DNA of 64,000 nt from an uncultured Candidatus Binatia bacterium (GCA_965215605.1 OZ244070.1:992001-1056000); one strand, 5' to 3'. Counted from the stretch's first letter, positions 19,323 to 28,811 are shown. The notes: generated by a model not told the origin, from the letters alone. Numbers and translations: made by a program.

Positions 19323-20345
19323 TCAGTTCCCGATGATGTTCCTGAGCTTGACCTTCACCGCGGGCGAGGTGGACAGCACACGGTTCACCTGGGCCGCGAC
19401 GTCCGCGGCCGGGACGTGGTCGATGACCATCCTCGTCTTCTTGGCGAGGGCGAGGAACTCCGGGTCTTCCATCGTCGCCTTGAAGGCCCGGCGCAAGGCG
19501 TCGACGCCGGCGGCGGGAGCCTTGGGCGGCGCGGCGAACGGGCGGAAGAAGCGGTACTGGGCCATCCACGCGTTGAACGCCTCCATGTCCTCCGGCGACT
19601 TGATGAAGTCGGTGTACTTGGGAAGGCCCTTCACCTGGGTGTCATTCGAATCGCCCTGTATCAGCACCGGTATCAGCCGGCCGTCCCCCTTGGCGTTGAG
19701 CATGTCCCGGGCGGTGATCTTCATGGACACCCACTGCCAGCAGGCGCCGTCCACCTCCCGGCGGGTCATGGCCGCGCGAATACCCGCGGTGCCCTGGTAG
19801 CCCGGCACCAGCTTCACGTTGGCGCCAATCAACTGTTTCAGGATCCTGGGCTGCTCCCGGGTGCTGCTGCCCGCCGCCCCCATGGTGACCGGCTTCTTCG
19901 ACTTCACCAGGTCCTGAAGGGTCTTGATGCCGCTGAAGCCCATGAACGCGCACACCGGCATGCCCACGCTGGGCGCCCCGATCCACTGGAACTTGCCCGC
20001 GTCGAACTTGATCCCCTCGGTGCCCATGGCCTGCTCCATCACCAGACCGCTGATGAGCATGGCGAAGGTCAGCCCGTCAGGTTTGGCCACGTTGTACAGG
20101 TAGTTGGCGGCGATGAGACTGCCCGCTCCCGGCATGTTCTGGACGATGATGTTCGGCTTCCCCGGCAGGTGCCTGGGCATGTGGCGCGCAATGGCCCGGG
20201 CGTAGGTGTCGTAGCCGCCCCCCGGCGATGTGCCGACGATGAGGCGCAGCGTCTTGCCCTTGTAGTCGGGCGCTGCCTGCACGGTGGCCGCCAGGCACAA
20301 CGCCGCCGCGAGGATGCCGCAAACAACGGTGCTGATTCTGTTCAT
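19323..20345 (-). CDS. TTT substrate-binding protein (TctC/Bug)
   Basis: Signal peptide, SPGGGYDTYAR, NMPGAGS, AKPDGLT. Confidence 0.9.
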   Translation of the reverse strand: MNRISTVVCGILAAALCLAATVQAAPDYKGKTLRLIVGTSPGGGYDTYARAIARHMPRHLPGKPNIIVQNMPGAGSLIAANYLYNVAKPDGLTFAMLISGLVMEQAMGTEGIKFDAGKFQWIGAPSVGMPVCAFMGFSGIKTLQDLVKSKKPVTMGAAGSSTREQPRILKQLIGANVKLVPGYQGTAGIRAAMTRREVDGACWQWVSMKITARDMLNAKGDGRLIPVLIQGDSNDTQVKGLPKYTDFIKSPEDMEAFNAWMAQYRFFRPFAAPPKAPAAGVDALRRAFKATMEDPEFLALAKKTRMVIDHVPAADVAAQVNRVLSTSPAVKVKLRNIIGN

Positions 20346-20537
20346 GATTCCTCCGGGCGTTTATGCTGTCGCCAGCGTCGTTTCATCGGAACCGGACGGT
20401 GTCCTGCCATTTACCCCCCTTTCGGCCGCCCGTTCAACCCATTTCCGGTACTCGCAGAGGCCACGATGCTCGTGTAGGATGAGTGGCGCATCCATTCAGT
20501 CACGAAAAGCGGCATTACGGAACTCAAGGGAGCACTC

Positions 20538-21455
20538 ATGGACCAGATACACTTCCCCTACCGATCCAGCAGTCATCTCGCCTTCCTCCACGTCGTGGCG
20601 GAGTCGGGCTCGTGGGAGCGGCACGGTCTCGACGTCGAGTACGACGCCTACATCAGCTCCGAGGACGCCCACCAGCAGGTGGCCGACGGCAGCGTCGAGT
20701 TCATCGGCGGCAATCACGTGTCCACGTATGCGGCGCGCACCCGCGGCGACCAGTGGCTCTACCTGGGCCAGACCGTCAGCCTCCTGGACCACCGGCTCGT
20801 GGTGAGGGCGGACTCCGGCATCGACCAGGTCTCCGATCTGAAGGAGAAGGTCGTGGCGACCCGTGGAAACCACCCGGGTCTCAACAACTGGCTCTTCCTC
20901 AAACAGAACGGCCTCGACCAGGACCGAGGCGACGTGAAGCTCGAAAGGATTCGCGGCGGCACGACCTGGGAGGCCGTGCGGGACGGCAAGGCGGATGCAG
21001 CGCTGGTGAACCCGCCGGTGGACCTCTTCGCTCGGCGCGCGGGCCTGAAGGTCATCCCCCTGAGCCCCCTTCCCATGGTCTGGTTCACCACCATGTCCAG
21101 CGGACGCCGCTTCGTCGACCGGAACCCGGACATCGTCGAGCGCTTCCTCAAGGGCGCCTGTCAGGGCATCGCCTACTTCAAGACCCACCGCGAGGAGTCC
21201 ATCAAGATCATCCGGGAACGGTATCAAAACGAGGGCGAACTCGACCTCGAGGCCGCCACGCGCCTGTGGGAAAGCATCTCGAAGATCCTGAGCCCGAAGC
21301 CCTATGCCTCCTTCGAGGCGGTGGGCAACGTCTACGAGTTGGCCAAGCGCAAGGACCCGGCAGCGGCGCAGGTCGAGCCCATGGCGCTATGGGACTACCA
21401 CTACCTGCGGAAGATCGACGACAGCGGGTTCATCGACGGGTTGTACCAGACCTGA
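20538..21455 (+). CDS. NMT1/SsuA/THI5-like SBP-fold protein lacking a signal peptide
   Basis: HGLDVE, DLKEK.VA, GKADAA, NPDIVERFLKG, IDDSGFID; in-frame TAG at 20475 excludes an N-terminal extension. Confidence 0.8.
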   Translation: MDQIHFPYRSSSHLAFLHVVAESGSWERHGLDVEYDAYISSEDAHQQVADGSVEFIGGNHVSTYAARTRGDQWLYLGQTVSLLDHRLVVRADSGIDQVSDLKEKVVATRGNHPGLNNWLFLKQNGLDQDRGDVKLERIRGGTTWEAVRDGKADAALVNPPVDLFARRAGLKVIPLSPLPMVWFTTMSSGRRFVDRNPDIVERFLKGACQGIAYFKTHREESIKIIRERYQNEGELDLEAATRLWESISKILSPKPYASFEAVGNVYELAKRKDPAAAQVEPMALWDYHYLRKIDDSGFIDGLYQT

Positions 21456-21484
21456 GGACGTGGAACTGCCGCGGGGACCGATCG

Positions 21485-22522
21485 ATGACGGAAACGAAGA
21501 CCGTCCTGGTCACCGGCGTGACCGGATTCGTCGCCAAACACATCGTCCTGGAGCTGTTGCGCAAGGGTTATCGGGTGATCGGGTCGTTGCGGTCGGATTC
21601 ACGCCGCGAAGAAGTGCGGTCCGCCGTCCGGCCCCATCTCGGTCCGGCCGGCGAACTCGACGGGCGCCTGGCCTTCGTCAGGTTGGATCTCGACGGCGAC
21701 GACGGCTGGCTCGACGCCATGTCCGGCGTGGACGTCCTCATGCACACGGCGTCGCCACTGCCCATGGTCCAACCGCGGGACGAGAATGAATTGGTCCGGC
21801 CCGCCGTCAACGGCACCCTGAGGGCGCTGGGGGCGGCCTGCGCGGCCGGTATCCGGCGCGTTGTGCTGACGTCCTCGTCCGCCGCCGTCACCAACGTACC
21901 CCGCGGACTCGGCAAACAGCGCTTCGACGAAGAGGACTGGAGCGACCCGTCGTGGCCCAGGATCACGCCTTACCTGAAATCGAAGACCCTGGCGGAGCGG
22001 GCGGCGTGGGATTTCGTCGAGAACAGCGCCCCGGGCATGGAGCTCACCGTCATCAATCCCTGCCTCATCCTCGGGTCCCCGCTCGACGACCACTACGGCA
22101 CGTCGCTGCGGATCATCGAACGGCTGCTCCGCGGCAAGGACCCCCTGCTGCCGAACGTAGGCATTTCCATCGTCGACGTCGAGGACGTGGCGCGGATGCA
22201 CGTCCGCGCCATCACCGAACCGCGCACCGTGGGCAAACGCATCATCGGAGCGGCCGATTTCATGTGGCTCGCGGAGATGGCCCGGACCCTGAAGGACGCG
22301 CATCCCCGGCGCAGGATCGCCTTGCGGACCGCACCAGACTGGGTGATCCGGCTGGTGGGACTGTTCGACCGGCAAATCCAGTCCATCATCCCGCTCCTCA
22401 GCCGGAGGCAGGAACTGGACAATACCCGAGCCCGGGAGCTCCTGGACATGGAATTCGTTCCCGCCGCCGAGAGCCTCCGCGCCACCGCCCGTTACATCAT
22501 GGACCGCGGCCTGGCGGGATGA
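21485..22522 (+). CDS. NAD(P)-dependent aldehyde reductase / dihydroflavonol-reductase-like extended SDR
   Basis: VLVTGVTGFVA, HTASP, TSS, YLKSK. Confidence 0.9.
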   Translation: MTETKTVLVTGVTGFVAKHIVLELLRKGYRVIGSLRSDSRREEVRSAVRPHLGPAGELDGRLAFVRLDLDGDDGWLDAMSGVDVLMHTASPLPMVQPRDENELVRPAVNGTLRALGAACAAGIRRVVLTSSSAAVTNVPRGLGKQRFDEEDWSDPSWPRITPYLKSKTLAERAAWDFVENSAPGMELTVINPCLILGSPLDDHYGTSLRIIERLLRGKDPLLPNVGISIVDVEDVARMHVRAITEPRTVGKRIIGAADFMWLAEMARTLKDAHPRRRIALRTAPDWVIRLVGLFDRQIQSIIPLLSRRQELDNTRARELLDMEFVPAAESLRATARYIMDRGLAG

Positions 22523-22561
22523 CCCGGAACCCACACGATCCATCTCCTGCGAACTCGGGAG

Positions 22562-23599
22562 CTACTTCGCCTTCCCCTTGACGATCTCGTCATACTTGGC
22601 GAGAAGCTCCGGCGACGCCGAGTAGAGCCCGGCGACGGTCTTCTCCACGGACTCCGGCGAGGCCGGCGAGACGATGAGCTTCTGGCGCTTGGCCTGCTCG
22701 AGCAGCTCCGGGCTGTTGAGCGTATCCGTGAAAGCCTTGCGAAGCGTCGCCACGCGGTCGGGCGGCGTGCCCGGAGGCAAACCGAACAGCCGCAACAGCT
22801 TCCAGGTGCCGATCAGGAAGTCGGCGATCTCTTGCTGCTCGGCATTGAGATTCAGGTCCTTGATCGTGGCAATGCCCGGGATGGGCTTGACCCGCGGCTC
22901 GTCACCGAGGGCCAGGATTGGACGCACCAGCCCGCTTTCGACATAGCGCCGGTAGTTGCCCTGCATGGTGGCCTGGGACATGACCCGAGCGTCCAGCTCT
23001 TTTCGTTCCATGGCGGCCATGACATTGGCCGTGCCGCGGTAGCCCATGATCGCCTTGATGGGATAACCCAGATAGCGCAGGAACTGTGTGGCCGCGGTGG
23101 ACGCGGAGCCGACGCCCGTGGAGCCCGAGTGCAGGGTCTTCTTCGAATTCTTGAAATCCGCGAACGTCTTGACGGGAAGGTCGCTACGCACCCAGAGCAC
23201 CTCGGGAAGGCTGCCGATGGCGGGATCGCCGAGCCAGATGTACTTCCGCGGGTCGAATTTGACGCTCGGGTCCCGGTTCACGGCCTGGAGCAGCGTGCCG
23301 GCGTTGAACACCGCGATGGTGAGGCCGTTGCCCGGCTGCATGGCGTAGACCCGATTCGCCGCGGCCATGCTGCTGGCGCCCGGCATGTTGACCACGATGA
23401 CCGAGGGATTCCCCGGCACGTTCTTGCTGAGGAACCTGCCCAGAAGCCGGGAGAACGTATCGAACCCGCCGCCGGGACTGTAACCGACGACGATGCGGAT
23501 GGTCTTGCCCTTGTAGAACGGCGCGTCCGCCGCGCCGGCGAGCCCCGCCGCCAGAAGCAGCACCGCCATACCCAGGATCATGGAACGAAACATCTTCAT
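22562..23599 (-). CDS. TTT substrate-binding protein (TctC/Bug)
   Basis: Signal peptide, YSPGGGFD, NMPGASS; AGGAGG RBS. Confidence 0.9.
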   Translation of the reverse strand: MKMFRSMILGMAVLLLAAGLAGAADAPFYKGKTIRIVVGYSPGGGFDTFSRLLGRFLSKNVPGNPSVIVVNMPGASSMAAANRVYAMQPGNGLTIAVFNAGTLLQAVNRDPSVKFDPRKYIWLGDPAIGSLPEVLWVRSDLPVKTFADFKNSKKTLHSGSTGVGSASTAATQFLRYLGYPIKAIMGYRGTANVMAAMERKELDARVMSQATMQGNYRRYVESGLVRPILALGDEPRVKPIPGIATIKDLNLNAEQQEIADFLIGTWKLLRLFGLPPGTPPDRVATLRKAFTDTLNSPELLEQAKRQKLIVSPASPESVEKTVAGLYSASPELLAKYDEIVKGKAK

Positions 23600-23628
23600 T
23601 GGAGTTCCCTCCTTTGGTTGGCGTGGCT

Positions 23629-24042
23629 TCAAAGGCCCGCCTTCGCCTTGATCTTGTCCACCAGCCGCACCGCCACCTCGATGTCCTCCTCCATGGTACG
23701 TCCGCTCACTCCGATGGCGCCCGCCACGGCGCCGTCGTTGTCCTTGATCAGCACACCGCCGCCGATGGACGTCAGGTTCGCGTCGCCGTAGGCGGCGATG
23801 CCGCGGTTGCCCACCATCTTCTCGATCTCCACCGAGTCCCGCCCGAACCACAACGCGGAGTATCCCTTGTTGTGGGAAAGGACGCTGGAACGGTACGGCG
23901 CGCCGTCCATGCGCGTGTAGTGCAAGAGCTCCCGGTGGGCGTTGAGCACCGCCCAGGACACCGGACGCCCGGATTCGTTCGCCAGTTCCCCAAGCAGCTC
24001 GCCGGCTGCTTCGTGAATCACCTTGTGTGACAGGTCTGCCAT
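23629..24042 (-). CDS. GlcG/HbpS-like heme-binding protein
   Basis: RMDGA, GGGVLI, GAIGVSG..EED. Confidence 0.85.
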   Translation of the reverse strand: MADLSHKVIHEAAGELLGELANESGRPVSWAVLNAHRELLHYTRMDGAPYRSSVLSHNKGYSALWFGRDSVEIEKMVGNRGIAAYGDANLTSIGGGVLIKDNDGAVAGAIGVSGRTMEEDIEVAVRLVDKIKAKAGL

Positions 24043-24317
24043 GTCGTGAACCTCCCTTGTCATCAACGGCCAAACGGCCCGTCGCCGGGTGCCTGCCGGT
24101 GTGGAGGCACCAGCCTGTTCTCTTATTGACCGGCGGGCGCGGAGTCAAGCCGCGAGGAGTCTCCAGGTCTGCCCCGCGCAGGTCGCGGCGCCAGCCGAGC
24201 ATGCCCAGGGTGGCGCCGGCGCACACCACGGCGGCCAGGAGCAGCGTCGACGACGTAGAAAAGCCGGAACTCCCGGTAGGCGAACGACCCCCCGGCCCGG
24301 ACGGAGACACGAACCGG

Positions 24318-25916
24318 TCACGGCTGCGGCGATCGACGCTCCCGTCCCGACGCCACTTCGCTCCGCAGGATCTTGCCCACGGCGCTCTTGGGAATCGTCT
24401 CGGCAAACTCGATCCGGTACGGCACCTTGTAGTGCGCGAGCTCCTCCCGGAGGCTTTCGCGCAATGCTTCGGCCAGTTCGGGCGAGGGGTCGTGACCCTC
24501 CGCCGGCACCACCACGCCCAGGACGCGGTTGCCGATCTCCGGATCGGGCTCGGGCACCACCACCGCCTCGGCCACCGCGGGACGGCGCTGGAGCGCGTTC
24601 TCCACCTCCGTGGGCACCAGGAACAGGCCGCGGGTCTTGAAGCAGTCGTCGCTGCGCCCGGCGATGAAGAAATAACCCTCCCGGTCCCGGTACGCCAGGT
24701 CGCCGGTGTCGTAGACGCCGCCCCGGCGGACCGCCTCGGTCCGTTCCGGGTCGCCGTGGTATTCGAGGAAGAGGCCGGGATCGCCGGTGGAGATCACCGT
24801 GCGCCCGACCGAGCCCGGCGGCACGCCGCGGCCGTCGTCGCCGACGATGTCGATGCCCACGTCCGGCGCCGGCACCCCCACCGAGCCCGGCTTCACCGGA
24901 TGTCGGGCGCCCTGCCCCACCACGAGCTGGTACTCGGACACGCCGTAGTGCTCGTACATCTCGCAGCCGAAACGCGACTTCCACTGGCGGTAGGTGGCTT
25001 CGCGAAGCGCCTCTCCGGTGGAGTGCGCGCCCCGGAGCGTGTGGATGTCGTACGCGTCCTCCACCCCTTCCGTGGCCAGCATCCGCCGGTAGACCGTGGC
25101 CACGGAATGGAGCAGCGTCACGCCCAAGTCCACCACGTGCTCCAGCACGTTCTCGGGCGTGGCGCGGCCGGAAAGCACCGCGCAGGACACCCCGTTCCGG
25201 AGCGGGAAGAGCAGGTTGTGGCCCAGGGCGCTGATGAAGCTCCACTCGCCGGTGGCCATCACCACGTCGTGGGGCTCCGGCGGAAGACGGTAGCGGTTCA
25301 GGTCCCCCAGGGCGACGATCCATCGATGCGCGTGGACGATGCACTTGGGCCGGCCGGTGGTGCCGGAGGTGCATACCATGAAGGCCGGCTCATGGGCCGA
25401 GGTGTCTCTCGTGGCGACGGCCTCCGAAGACTCGCGGACGAGGGACTCGAAGGGCACTTCGCCGCTCCGCGACGCCCCCGCGCACACCAGGGTCCGCACA
25501 CCGGCGGTGCCGCGAAGCCCGCGCAGGGCTTCCGCCCGGGAGCCCTCGGCCACCGCCAGCCGGGGCGCGGTCTGCTCCAGGATGGCCCGGACTTCCCGCA
25601 CCCCCAGCAGGGAGTTGACCACCACGGGCAACGCGCCGAGCTTCACCGCCGCCAGGAAGGCGGTGGCGAACTCCACCGAGTTGGGCATCTGCACCAGCAC
25701 CGGGTCGCCCGGCGAGACCCCCAGCTCCTGGAGACCCCGGGCGAACCCGTGCACCTTGCCGCGAAGCTCCCGGTAGCTGATGGAACCGCCGCGCCAGAGC
25801 ATGGCCGCCCGGTCGCCGCTGCCCGCGACCGCGGGGCGCTCCAGCACTTCGTCGGCGATGTTGAGTCGCCGGGGGATCTCTCGATAGCCCGGCCACGGGC
25901 GGGATGGTTCCGGCAT
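24318..25916 (-). CDS. Acyl/aryl-CoA ligase (benzoate-CoA ligase-like)
   Basis: TSGTTGRPK, YGVSE, TGDLA, GRSDD, PKSAVGKI. Confidence 0.9.
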   Translation of the reverse strand: MPEPSRPWPGYREIPRRLNIADEVLERPAVAGSGDRAAMLWRGGSISYRELRGKVHGFARGLQELGVSPGDPVLVQMPNSVEFATAFLAAVKLGALPVVVNSLLGVREVRAILEQTAPRLAVAEGSRAEALRGLRGTAGVRTLVCAGASRSGEVPFESLVRESSEAVATRDTSAHEPAFMVCTSGTTGRPKCIVHAHRWIVALGDLNRYRLPPEPHDVVMATGEWSFISALGHNLLFPLRNGVSCAVLSGRATPENVLEHVVDLGVTLLHSVATVYRRMLATEGVEDAYDIHTLRGAHSTGEALREATYRQWKSRFGCEMYEHYGVSEYQLVVGQGARHPVKPGSVGVPAPDVGIDIVGDDGRGVPPGSVGRTVISTGDPGLFLEYHGDPERTEAVRRGGVYDTGDLAYRDREGYFFIAGRSDDCFKTRGLFLVPTEVENALQRRPAVAEAVVVPEPDPEIGNRVLGVVVPAEGHDPSPELAEALRESLREELAHYKVPYRIEFAETIPKSAVGKILRSEVASGRERRSPQP

Positions 25917-25943
25917 GGTCCTGTCGCGGTTATCGGGCGGCCT

Positions 25944-26867
25944 TCACCCCTGCTCTCCGTCGTCCTTCTTGTCCGCGTCCTTTTCCGGGAACGGCCACCC
26001 CGCGTCGTAGGGGTACGTGTACCGAGGCGGTCGCTTCTCCCTGAAGGCCCGCATGCCTTCCTGGCAGTCCTTGGTGCGGGTGATCTCGAGCACCGACTCC
26101 AGCTCCTGGCGGTAGCCCTCGTCGGTGCGGTTCCAGTTCCAGTACATCTTGATCAACCGTTTGGCGTGGCGCACGGACAGATACGGGTTGGCCGCGATGC
26201 TGCCGGCGAGGGCGAAGGCCTGCTCCATCAGCTCGTCGTGCGGCACCACCTCGTCCACCAGCCCGATGCGCAGCGCCTCCCCGGCGTCGATGATCTCACC
26301 GGTGAGAATCAGGCGCATGGCCCGTCCGATGCCCACGAGCTTGGGCAGGTTGCGCGAACCGCCGCTCTCCGGAACGAATCCCGCGGGCACCGCCACCTCC
26401 CCGAAGCGCGCCCGGTCCGACGCAAGCCGCATGTCGCACAGCGTGGTCATCTCCAGCCCCACGCCCACGGCCGGACCGTTCACCGCCGCGATGGTGGGCT
26501 GCGGCAGGTCCTCCAGCTTGCGCATGGCGCTCTGCAGCACCCGGTGCCGGAGATCGTTCAGGAAGTACTCCGCCAGCTCCTTGTAGGGGCCATCGATACC
26601 ACTCGAGCCCTCGAAGGCGCCCAGCACCGCGCCCTCCGAGGTGAGGTCCCCGCCGGCGCAGAAGCCCCGGCCCGCGCCGGTGAGGATCACCACCTTGAGG
26701 ACCGAGTTGCGGGCGATCTCGTTGCACAGGGCATCGAGCTCCAGCCGCATCAGCGGGTCCACCGCGTTGAGCTGGTCCGGACGGCTCAGGGTGATGACGC
26801 CGATGCAGGGCTCACCCGGCCGCGACGGATTGTCGTGCACGGTCCATTCGAGGGTCTTGTAGTCCAT
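25944..26867 (-). CDS. Enoyl-CoA hydratase/isomerase (crotonase) family protein
   Basis: FCAGGDL, IAAVNGPAVGVG, CDMRLAS. Confidence 0.92.
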   Translation of the reverse strand: MDYKTLEWTVHDNPSRPGEPCIGVITLSRPDQLNAVDPLMRLELDALCNEIARNSVLKVVILTGAGRGFCAGGDLTSEGAVLGAFEGSSGIDGPYKELAEYFLNDLRHRVLQSAMRKLEDLPQPTIAAVNGPAVGVGLEMTTLCDMRLASDRARFGEVAVPAGFVPESGGSRNLPKLVGIGRAMRLILTGEIIDAGEALRIGLVDEVVPHDELMEQAFALAGSIAANPYLSVRHAKRLIKMYWNWNRTDEGYRQELESVLEITRTKDCQEGMRAFREKRPPRYTYPYDAGWPFPEKDADKKDDGEQG

Positions 26868-26891
26868 GGCGGCCTGGTCCTTTCGCCCCGA

Positions 26892-28571
26892 TCAGTCCTC
26901 GTCCTCGCCGTAGAAGGACTCGTTGGGCAGGATGTCCTTGGTGGAGCGGCGCTGGCGGGCGATCTTCGCGCCGGTCTTCCAGTACTCGCCCCGGGTGGCC
27001 AGCGCGGCCTCCTGGTCCAGCTCCGGGTTCCAGTCCCCGAGCGAGTAGCCGAACCACGGCGATTGCGGCTCCAGCTCCGGCAGCCCCAACTCCTCCCAGA
27101 GCTTCCGGCCCCGCTCCATGTACTCCCGGGTGGGGAGGGAGATGGGCGGCAGCTTCTCCTTCAGGGTGGCGTCCCAAAGCAAGCACGAGTCGTCGGCGGA
27201 GCCGCGCGCGTCGTGCCGGGGGGCGTGGCCCACGTCCATGCCGTGCATGATCTGGACGTCCCGGTGCGGCTTGGAGCGGTACCCCATGGCCCAGAACACG
27301 GCATCGAGGTTGTCGGGGTCGATGTCCTCATCCACCGCGATGACGATCTTGGACATGGAGGGACGGAACGCCACCGCTCCCATGAGGGCGCGCCACACCT
27401 CCGCGGGACTGGGCTTGCGCATCTGGATGACGGTGAGCTTCTGGGTGGCGGTCAAGGGCTCGTGGAGCATCACCCGCACCACGCTCTTCACCCCAATGCC
27501 GTCCCGGAGATGCTCCAGGTAGAGGGGCTCGTAGGCCATCTTCTTGATCACGCTGGACTCCGAGGGCGTAACCTGGCTGATGATGGAGCAGAGGACGGCG
27601 TCCCGGCGGCGGGTGATGGCGGTCACCTCCATGAACGGGTTGTACTCCTTGGGGTTCACGTGGCCGTGGGACTCGCCGAAGGGCGCCTCGGGTTCCAGCC
27701 ATTCGGTGTTGACGAAGCCTTCGACGATGATCTCCGCGTCCGCCGGCACCATCACCGGCACGGTTCGGGCCTCGGTCACGCGGATGGGCGCCTTGACGAG
27801 GCCCCCCGCCACCGAGAACTCGTCGAGGTCGTAGGCGAGCTTCTGCGCGGCCACGTAGGAGATGGCGGGCACCCCGCCGATGCACAGCGCCACCGGCATC
27901 TTCTCGCCCCGTTCCCGATACTTCAGCCAATGGCGGTAGATCCCCTGCCCCAGCTCGATGGACGGGTTGCAGCCGACCCGGTCCCGCGCCTTGATCATGG
28001 CCCGGTAGGTGCCGATGTTGTGCACTCCGCTTTCGGGATCGCGGGAGACGAAATGAGCGGCGCTCACGTAGGGCGCGTTGTCCCAGCCGGGGGTGGATAT
28101 GGGAACCGGGATGCCGTCCATGCCCTTGCCCCGGCTCTTGAGTTGCGCTCCGGAGAAAACCACTTCGTGCACCGGCGCGGCCGCCGACGGGATCTCCACC
28201 GGGGACACCGGGTTCGTCTTCGCCTCCGCCCACAAGGCATTGATGTCCGTGTCCTCGTCGCACCCGAGGCCGATGCGATAGATGCGCCGGTTGGCCGCCA
28301 GCACGCCGATGGCCACCGGGATATCGTACCGTTTCCCCTTGGCGTCCACCGGCTGCTCGAACAGGAACGCCTTGCGGTCCTTTTCCTTGATGCCTCCCCG
28401 GAACTGCCACCGCACCAGCGGATGCATGTCCTGGTCCTTGTCCACCGGGCGCGCCACCCGGATCAGCAGGCCGGCGTCGTCCAGACGGCGGAGGTGTTCG
28501 TGGAGGTCTGGATAGCCTCGGTCCGGTATCGCCTGCACCGCGCTCGTGGGCCTCGGGTTCCTCTTTGCCAT
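26892..28571 (-). CDS. UbiD-family prFMN-dependent (de)carboxylase
   Basis: NIGTYR, AEIIVEG, EAPFGESHG, IAVDEDIDP. Confidence 0.92.
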   Translation of the reverse strand: MAKRNPRPTSAVQAIPDRGYPDLHEHLRRLDDAGLLIRVARPVDKDQDMHPLVRWQFRGGIKEKDRKAFLFEQPVDAKGKRYDIPVAIGVLAANRRIYRIGLGCDEDTDINALWAEAKTNPVSPVEIPSAAAPVHEVVFSGAQLKSRGKGMDGIPVPISTPGWDNAPYVSAAHFVSRDPESGVHNIGTYRAMIKARDRVGCNPSIELGQGIYRHWLKYRERGEKMPVALCIGGVPAISYVAAQKLAYDLDEFSVAGGLVKAPIRVTEARTVPVMVPADAEIIVEGFVNTEWLEPEAPFGESHGHVNPKEYNPFMEVTAITRRRDAVLCSIISQVTPSESSVIKKMAYEPLYLEHLRDGIGVKSVVRVMLHEPLTATQKLTVIQMRKPSPAEVWRALMGAVAFRPSMSKIVIAVDEDIDPDNLDAVFWAMGYRSKPHRDVQIMHGMDVGHAPRHDARGSADDSCLLWDATLKEKLPPISLPTREYMERGRKLWEELGLPELEPQSPWFGYSLGDWNPELDQEAALATRGEYWKTGAKIARQRRSTKDILPNESFYGEDED

Positions 28572-28780
28572 GATGGGATCCTTTTTGTGGGGAGTTGCCG
28601 TGCGTGTGGTGTGAGAACAAAACGCCGCAGGGCGTCGAAGAGCCGCTTCCTCGTCCCTCAAGCGCTCGGGCTGTGCAACCGTTCTGACTTCGGCAGTTAG
28701 CCCGAGTGGCGCTTGAGCGTCAGCGTCCGCCGCGCATGTGCGGGAACACTTCCCGAACCGCCGCGCGGCTTCCGGGCGTC

Positions 28781-28809
28781 AGTATAGGAAGCACGAGGTA
28801 ACAATTCAA
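28781..28809 (-). promoter_or_regulatory. Sigma70-like promoter facing the ubiD-like operon
   Basis: Minus strand TTGAAT, 17 bp, TATACT. Confidence 0.65.
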
Positions 28810-28811
28810 TG
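28784..28811. repeat. Left copy of 28-bp direct repeat
   Basis: ATAGGAAGCACGAGGTAACAATTCAATG; 24/28 identical to 37576-37603. Confidence 0.85.

Noticed and set aside
24027-28700. 1557-aa plus-strand ORF and other long shadow ORFs (12064-15048, 37759-41085, 38208-41225)
   Set aside because: Antisense or off-frame shadows of real high-GC genes with no recognisable motifs
28784-28811. 28-bp repeats as dif/pdif, attC or CRISPR repeats
   Set aside because: No XerC/XerD arms or dyad symmetry, only two copies 8.8 kb apart, no cas or integron integrase
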